Part shown: piece by piece, positions 58,180-64,000 of the stretch | Numbering within the stretch: position 1 is the first letter of the stretch | Layout: each line of letters begins with the position of its first letter | Assembly (NCBI GenBank): GCA_019746135.1 | Contig: JAIESI010000011.1 | Span: 604 to 64,603 of the forward strand | DNA from: Xanthobacteraceae bacterium | GTDB taxonomy: Bacteria > Pseudomonadota > Alphaproteobacteria > Rhizobiales > Xanthobacteraceae | DNA length: 64,000 nucleotides | Reading direction: 5' to 3' | Position numbers and translations under genes: made by a program | Notes under the pieces: model-generated | Told to the model about the DNA's origin: nothing | Seen by the model: the letters and a program-made list of their open reading frames with translations, nothing else | Databases searched by the model: none

Positions 58180-58196
58180 TTGGCGCGAAATGGCAA
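58180..58196 (+). promoter_or_regulatory. 17-bp motif TTGGCGCGAAATGGCAA, copy 2
   Basis: About 75 bp upstream of GTG 58270; degenerate direct repeat TTGGCGCGGTATG at 58212. Confidence 0.6.
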
Positions 58197-58269
58197 GACT
58201 CGGCGCTCCGGTTGGCGCGGTATGCCCGACGAAACCCGCCTCACGTCGAGATTGCAGGGAGGAAGACCA

Positions 58270-58932
58270 GTGACGACTGTCCGTACTGTCCTTGTCGCCA
58301 TCGCCGCTGCCGGTCTGGCTTGCGCTCCGTCGACGCTTTCCGCTCAATCCGCACCCGGGACGAAACCGCACGTTCCGCTGGAGAAGTCCATCGGGCAGGC
58401 GAAGCCCGAGGTCGTTCCGTCGCTCTTTGTTCTTAATTCCAGCGGCGCCAGCCTGAAGGACGGAAAGCTCGTCCTGAGCGGCGTTTCTCCGAATGCCATC
58501 GTATTTGCGGATCGCCCTGTGCGAGCCGCCGGACATGATCTGACGGCGCGGATTGTCGAGGATTGGGGCAACGGCAGCGACAATTTCGCAAAGGATCCGC
58601 CGAACGCCACGGTTTCCGGATTCAAGAAGGACGGGTCGGTCGTGGTCGACGCGGTCGTTGTGTTGAAGTCGCCGAAGCTCGAAGGCGACCGGCTGACGTT
58701 CGATGTCGACGTGCTCGAAGGCGATCTGGCGGGAGCCGACGGACCGGCCTCGATCTTCATCGACATCATCGGCAGACCGCTGACCCCGCTGTCATACGCC
58801 GGCGTGGCGCGCCGAACGGCCTGGCGGGGCGCTTACTACCGTGGCGCAGCGGTCGCGGGCGCGGCAGCGGCGGCTGCGTATCCATACTACCCGCCACGGT
58901 GCGGCTACTACCCCTATCCGCCTTGCTACTAG
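58270..58932 (+). CDS. Secreted hypothetical protein with Tyr/Pro/Cys-rich tail
   Basis: GGGAGG RBS with GTG; signal peptide; FADRPVRAAG, PPNA; tail YPYYPPRCGYYPYPPCY. Confidence 0.8.
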   Translation: MTTVRTVLVAIAAAGLACAPSTLSAQSAPGTKPHVPLEKSIGQAKPEVVPSLFVLNSSGASLKDGKLVLSGVSPNAIVFADRPVRAAGHDLTARIVEDWGNGSDNFAKDPPNATVSGFKKDGSVVVDAVVVLKSPKLEGDRLTFDVDVLEGDLAGADGPASIFIDIIGRPLTPLSYAGVARRTAWRGAYYRGAAVAGAAAAAAYPYYPPRCGYYPYPPCY

Positions 58933-59028
58933 AGCATGATCCCGTGTGAAGCGGTTTTCGGAAAAGATCATGCTCGAACAAGAAGCCAAAGCGGGATGAC
59001 GGTTCGAGGAAAAGTCATCCCGCTTTAG
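58929..59028. repeat. Rhizobial intergenic mosaic-like element (two hairpins)
   Basis: gagcatgatc..gatcatgctc and aaagcgggatgac..gtcatcccgcttt; single copy here, family recognised from memory. Confidence 0.75.
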
Positions 59029-59083
59029 GGATTGATGACAGTGCAGCTTGTCCAGCGGCGAGGATGGGTCGGAAGAGTGCGAT

Positions 59084-60025
59084 ATGTGGAACGTATGGAG
59101 AGTTCGCGAAATCCTGACGGCGCCTCTGGTTGCGATGCTGGCATCGCCTGCAATTTCGCTGTGCTGCAGTACGCCGTCCTTCGCCGCCGACGTGTCTGCG
59201 CCCGTGGTCAAGGCAGCACCACCGCCGCCCCGACCGCCGGTGTGGACATACACCGTCATGCCCTATGCATGGCTGCCGTCCATCAACGGCTCGACGACCG
59301 TCAAGGGCCGCACCGCCGATATCGACGCCACCTTCATCGATCTGCTGCATCGGGAAATCCCGAAGCAGCTGTTCGGACTGATGGGTGCTTTCGAGGCTCG
59401 CAAGGGGCCGTTCGCGGTCATGGCCGATGTCGTCTACTTGAAGGTGGGCGTCTCCGACAGCGGCGCGCGCGCGCGCAGCGTGCACTCGCAGGTCGGTGGG
59501 ACGCTGGCGGCAGCGGCGTCGCTTCAATACGAAATGGTCATCGCCGAAGCGGCACTCGCGTATGAGCTTTTTCACTGGCGTGGCGCGGCGCCCGGCCTGG
59601 GAACGTCGCTCGATCTCTATGGCGGCGGGCGCTTCTGGTGGCAGAACGCAGACGCCAGCCTGGCGCTGAACGCCGGGCTGACGATCGCCGACCTGACTGT
59701 CAGCGGCAACCGTGCCGTTGCGGGTTCCGGCGACGTAACCTGGTTCGATCCGCTGGTGGGCTTGCGACTCCGGCATCGCTTCTCGCCTGGCGTCGATCTG
59801 GTAATGCGCGGCGATGTCGGCGGCTTCGGCGTCGGCAGCGATTTCTCCTGGCAGGCCATGGGCTATCTCAACTGGGACTTTGCCCGCACGCAGCACGCCG
59901 TGTGGGGCGGCATGCTCGGCTACCGCGCGCTTTACGTCGATTTCGAGAAGGGCGCCGGCAACACGCTTTATCGATACGACATGCTCACGCACGGACCGAT
60001 CATAGGCGTGACGGCGCGCTTCTGA
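59084..60025 (+). CDS. Putative outer-membrane beta-barrel protein
   Basis: AD..PVVKA-PPPP linker, PYAWLP, WFDPLVGLR, GDVGGFGVGS, GYRALYVD, terminal Phe. Confidence 0.82.
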   Translation: MWNVWRVREILTAPLVAMLASPAISLCCSTPSFAADVSAPVVKAAPPPPRPPVWTYTVMPYAWLPSINGSTTVKGRTADIDATFIDLLHREIPKQLFGLMGAFEARKGPFAVMADVVYLKVGVSDSGARARSVHSQVGGTLAAAASLQYEMVIAEAALAYELFHWRGAAPGLGTSLDLYGGGRFWWQNADASLALNAGLTIADLTVSGNRAVAGSGDVTWFDPLVGLRLRHRFSPGVDLVMRGDVGGFGVGSDFSWQAMGYLNWDFARTQHAVWGGMLGYRALYVDFEKGAGNTLYRYDMLTHGPIIGVTARF

Positions 60026-60089
60026 TCTCCGCATTGTCAGGAATTTGCGCCGGCGCGTCGTCGTGATTCGTCATCAATGGAGGTGCAAA

Positions 60090-61517
60090 ATGAAGACTAC
60101 CCGCAGGTCCGCCGCACTTGGCGGAGTGAGCTTGCTTGCCGCGGCGGCCATGAGCCGTTCTGCGTTGGCTCAAGGGTCGTTCCTGGGCATCGAGGAGGGG
60201 CTGGAGGAGTTCTGGCTCGCGACCGATGCCTATATCTACGGCTATCCGCTTGTGACCATGGAAATGACCCGGCGGGTCCTGACCAATGTCGCGGCGCCGG
60301 CCGGAACGAAGGCGCCGATGGGCCAGATCATCAAGATGCGCCATTATCCCGATGCGTCGTTCCGGGACGTCACCGCCCCCAATGCCGATACGCTCTACAC
60401 GACATCGTTCTTCGAAGTCGACAAGGAGCCGTGGGTGCTCAGCATTCCGGAGATGAAGGACCGCTACTTCCTGATGCCGATGCTGGACGGCTGGACCAAC
60501 GTCTTCCAGGTGCCGGGGACACGGACCACCGGCACCGGCGCGCAGACCTATGCGATCACCGGGCCGAATTGGAAGGGCACGCTGCCCGCCGGCGTCAAGC
60601 AGTACAAGTCGCCGACCAACATCGTCTGGCTGCTCGGCCGCATCTACTGCGACGGCACGCCGGCAGATTATGCCGCCGTGCACAAGCTGCAGGACGAGTT
60701 CAAGCTGATGCCGCTGAGCGCGTACGGCAAGCCCTATACGCCGCCTCCGGGCAAGGTCGATCCCTCGGTGGACATCAGGACGCCGGTTCGCGAGCAGGTC
60801 AATCGCATGGATGCAGTGGCGTATTTCACGCTGCTCTGCGAATTGATGAAGGCCAATCCGCCGTCCGAGGCCGATGCGCCTCAGCTCGCCAAATTTGCCC
60901 GCATCGGCATCGTTCCCGGGCAATCCTTCGACGCGAGCAAGCTGAAGGCGGACTTCAAGAAGCGGGTGCCCGACGTCGGATACGACCGGATCATGCTTCA
61001 GTTCAAGATCAACAAGGAGATCAAGAAGGAGAACGGCTGGGCCTACACCACGAAGACCGGCATCTACGGCACGGACTATCTGATGCGCGGCCTCGTGACC
61101 GCCATCGGACTCGGCGCCAACCGCCCGCAGGACGCGCTCTATCCGGTTTCGAAGACCGACACCGACGGCCGCAAGTACAGCGGCGCAAACAAGTACGTCA
61201 TGCGCTTCCCCAAGGGGCACCTGCCGCCGGTCGAGGCGTTCTGGTCGGTGACCATGTACGACCCGGCGATGTTCTTCGTGAGCAACCCGCTCAACCGATA
61301 CTCGATCAGTCCTCGGCAGAACTTGAAGAGCAATCCGGACGGCTCGACCGATCTCTACATCCAGCATGAATCGCCGGGCAAGGATAAGGAGTCGAACTGG
61401 CTTCCGGCGCCTTCCGGCGACTTCGTCCTGATGCTGCGGATGTATTGGCCGAACGAGACGGACCCGTCGATCCTCAACGGCTCGTGGACGATCCCCGCGG
61501 CCAGGAAGATGTCTTGA
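60090..61517 (+). CDS. Exported DUF1254/DUF1214 protein
   Basis: AYIYGYPLV, PNADTLY, EPWVL, FWSVTMY, DGSTDLYIQ, NWLPAP, LRMYWP. Confidence 0.92.
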   Translation: MKTTRRSAALGGVSLLAAAAMSRSALAQGSFLGIEEGLEEFWLATDAYIYGYPLVTMEMTRRVLTNVAAPAGTKAPMGQIIKMRHYPDASFRDVTAPNADTLYTTSFFEVDKEPWVLSIPEMKDRYFLMPMLDGWTNVFQVPGTRTTGTGAQTYAITGPNWKGTLPAGVKQYKSPTNIVWLLGRIYCDGTPADYAAVHKLQDEFKLMPLSAYGKPYTPPPGKVDPSVDIRTPVREQVNRMDAVAYFTLLCELMKANPPSEADAPQLAKFARIGIVPGQSFDASKLKADFKKRVPDVGYDRIMLQFKINKEIKKENGWAYTTKTGIYGTDYLMRGLVTAIGLGANRPQDALYPVSKTDTDGRKYSGANKYVMRFPKGHLPPVEAFWSVTMYDPAMFFVSNPLNRYSISPRQNLKSNPDGSTDLYIQHESPGKDKESNWLPAPSGDFVLMLRMYWPNETDPSILNGSWTIPAARKMS

Positions 61518-61612
61518 GGGAACGAGCCCATGCCGGCTTTTGCCGGCCGGCATGGGCTCGCCCTGATTTATTGGCTTCCATTCTGAAACCGACGACGAGA
61601 CTGGGAACTGTT

Positions 61613-61969
61613 ATGCACAGAGCACTGATCATCGCAGCGATACTTGGTCTGACAGCGATACATTCCGCGCGCGCGCAAACTGACCTCAGCGCCTATGCCG
61701 ATGCCAACGGGAATTTGGACGTTCAGAAATTGACGTGCGCGCAATTGGCCGGAACCTGGCAGCAGGACGCCGATATGCTCACCACCTGGTACAGCGGCTG
61801 GTACAACGGACTCGCCCGTAAGCACATGCTGAACGTGGCAAGAGCGAAACAGGCCGAGCACGAGGTCATCGTGTATTGCAAGGCCAATCCCGACAAGCGG
61901 ATTATCGAGGCCATCGCCGTCGTCTTCAAGGACATGCGGGCCAAGCTCGGGATCAAGATGAAGCCGTGA
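61613..61969 (+). CDS. HdeA/HdeB-like periplasmic protein
   Basis: Signal peptide; KLTCAQL...W.SGWY...YCKANP two-Cys pattern. Confidence 0.75.
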   Translation: MHRALIIAAILGLTAIHSARAQTDLSAYADANGNLDVQKLTCAQLAGTWQQDADMLTTWYSGWYNGLARKHMLNVARAKQAEHEVIVYCKANPDKRIIEAIAVVFKDMRAKLGIKMKP

Positions 61970-62213
61970 ACGGTATGCTCGCGTCGAGTGTGTGACGCTG
62001 GTCGATCGCGGAGCGCTTCCCGTTTGGACATCACGCAGAGAGCGAACGGTGAGTGGTAACGACGTCGGTGGAGCGGCCTTTGAGTCGCGACGTCTCCCGG
62101 ATTGCATTCGTCATAGGCGCCCTGGCGGATTTCAGGCGTCATAGCGCGCGACGCCAAGATGTCAGGGGCGTCTGCATGCATGTGCGGCATGAGATCAGTA
62201 AGGAGAAAAGGAA

Positions 62214-63782
62214 ATGAAGTTCACCGGAAATCCACGCCGTGCCGCGTTGGTCACCGCCGGCTTGATTGCGGTCACTGTGGGGGCCGATGCAGCGGAAAAG
62301 ACGCCAGGCTACAACTACAGGATCCCCAAAGCGATTATGACGCCCGATACGGTGAAAACCCGGCTCGGGACGCTGAAGTTCTTTGACGGCATGCCGGACA
62401 AGGCAACGGTGAACAAACTGTATGACGAGCTCGACACCATGCGGGGCGTCGAGACGTTCCTGAACGGCATTCCAGCCACGTCCATTGAAGCGCTGCGGCT
62501 TGGCTTCATCGAAGCTGGCGGCGACGCTTCCCATAAAGCCATCATCATGGACAAGCTGCTGGATTCGGCGCCGCTGTTCCTCACCGGTAACACCGACACC
62601 GTCTACTGCATGACGATGCTGGACCTGAAGCGCGATGGCGCGACCGTGGTGGAAGTTCCGGCCGGCTCCGGTCCCGGCACTGTCGACGACGCCTATTTCC
62701 GTTTCGTGATCGACATGGGAGCGCCCGGTCCCGACCGGGGCAAAGGTGGGAAGTACCTGATCCTTCCGCCCGATTATAAGGGTGATCTCAATCCGCAGAT
62801 CGGCGGCACGGAGGCTGAGATCGACGGCGAGAAATACTTCGTCGCCAAGTCCACCAGCTATGTCAATTTTCTGATCCTGCGCGGCTTCCTGGTGGACGGC
62901 AAGCCGGAGGCAGCCACAGCGATGTTCGAAAAGGGCCTTAAGGTCTATCCGCTGACCCGGCGGCAGAGCCCGCCGAAAATGGAATTCATCAGCGGCTCGG
63001 GCAAGCCCTTCAACACGATCCACGCCAACAACTTCGAATTTTACAGGGAGCTTCACACCGTTATCGAGCGCGAACCTGTCGAGATGCTCGACCCTGTCAC
63101 TCGTGGCATCTTCGCCTCGATCGGTATCGAGAAAGGAAAGCCCTTCGCGCCGGACGCGCGGATGAAGAAGCTGCTAACCGAGGCTGTGGCGATCGGTAAC
63201 GCCACTGCGCGGGCGATCGTATTCCGGCCGCGTCTCGAGGGCTTCTCCCTATATCCCGGGAGCGCTTGGGGCACCGCCTTCGTGGGCGGCAGCTATCAGT
63301 GGCTGAGAAAAGGCGGCAACGGCGGAATCAATCTCGACGCCCGCACCATGTTCTTTTACCAGGCCACTGTGAACACGCCGGCGATGGTTCTGAAGATGAT
63401 CGGGAACGGATCGCAATACGCCGTCGCGACGGTCGATAAGAACGGCGAGTATCTCGACGGATCGAAGACCTACAAGCTGCACATCCCGGCCGGTGTTCCG
63501 GCCAAGGAGTTCTGGTCGGTGGTCGTCTACGATCCACAGACCCGCTCCGAATTGCAGACCGGGCAGCCCTTCCCGAGCAAGAACAACTTGCGCGACAAGC
63601 TGGTCCGGAACGCGGACGGCTCGGTCGATCTTTATTTCGCGCCGAAGGCGCCCAAGGGGAGGGAGTCGAACTGGATTCAGACGGTGTCCGGCAAAGGATG
63701 GTATCCGCTGCTTCGCCTTTACGGTCCGCTCCAAGCCTGGTTCGACAAGACGTGGCGTCCCGGCGAGATCGAGCGGATGTGA
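62214..63782 (+). CDS. Exported DUF1254/DUF1214 protein
   Basis: TRLGTLKFFDGMP, LTGNTDTVY, GGKYLILPP, FWSVVVYD, NWIQT, RLYGP. Confidence 0.92.
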   Translation: MKFTGNPRRAALVTAGLIAVTVGADAAEKTPGYNYRIPKAIMTPDTVKTRLGTLKFFDGMPDKATVNKLYDELDTMRGVETFLNGIPATSIEALRLGFIEAGGDASHKAIIMDKLLDSAPLFLTGNTDTVYCMTMLDLKRDGATVVEVPAGSGPGTVDDAYFRFVIDMGAPGPDRGKGGKYLILPPDYKGDLNPQIGGTEAEIDGEKYFVAKSTSYVNFLILRGFLVDGKPEAATAMFEKGLKVYPLTRRQSPPKMEFISGSGKPFNTIHANNFEFYRELHTVIEREPVEMLDPVTRGIFASIGIEKGKPFAPDARMKKLLTEAVAIGNATARAIVFRPRLEGFSLYPGSAWGTAFVGGSYQWLRKGGNGGINLDARTMFFYQATVNTPAMVLKMIGNGSQYAVATVDKNGEYLDGSKTYKLHIPAGVPAKEFWSVVVYDPQTRSELQTGQPFPSKNNLRDKLVRNADGSVDLYFAPKAPKGRESNWIQTVSGKGWYPLLRLYGPLQAWFDKTWRPGEIERM

Positions 63783-64000
63783 AATCGGCCAATACGAGGA
63801 GTATTGGAACAACGAGTTGCTTAAATCGGTCCGCGTCTGTCCGTCGCAAGGGATTTTGCGACGGAAGGCGCCGTTTGCTTTTCAACGGCAGGATGGCCGA
63901 GGTGAAGGTCAAGTTTCTCCCATCGGCGGCAGGGACCGTCGAGTTCGGCTGCACGCCTGCCGGCAACTGACTGGCGAAAGTGGCGCAGCGAACAGGGTTG

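Noticed and set aside
56444-58196. IS or composite transposon bounded by the 17-bp inverted repeats
   Set aside because: No transposase and no target-site duplication seen; kept as a probable regulatory motif

Overview
GC-rich alphaproteobacterial chromosome segment; gene content (hpnH/hpnN, badHI, rhizobial-type repeats) suggests Hyphomicrobiales, by inference. (1) 1-17.2 kb: a surface-glycan locus running off the left edge, with GT4 glycosyltransferases, three intact-looking sulfotransferases plus one degenerate copy, a SAM methyltransferase, two GalE-like epimerases and a complete local PAPS cycle (cysD, cysNC, cysQ). (2) 17.3-22.5 kb: hopanoid genes hpnH and hpnN. (3) 22.7-41 kb and 45-56 kb: catabolic and transport genes (HpaB-family and LLM flavin monooxygenases, DapA-like aldolase, two TRAP systems, Bug receptor, CoA transferase-MaoC-badH-badI, amidohydrolases, dodecin, Cys-less racemase homologue). 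(4) 41-45 kb and 56.4-63.8 kb: two clusters of exported proteins built around three DUF1254/DUF1214 genes, with outer-membrane barrels, small Cys-containing secreted proteins and AraC regulators flanked by a perfect 17-bp motif. Intergenic DNA holds several REP-like palindrome families. A 36-bp element with two alternative hairpins occurs three times, each time at the hairpin apex of a different REP family. No rRNA, tRNA, CRISPR array, transposase or integrase was recognised. All family assignments come from motif recognition by eye, not from database searches.
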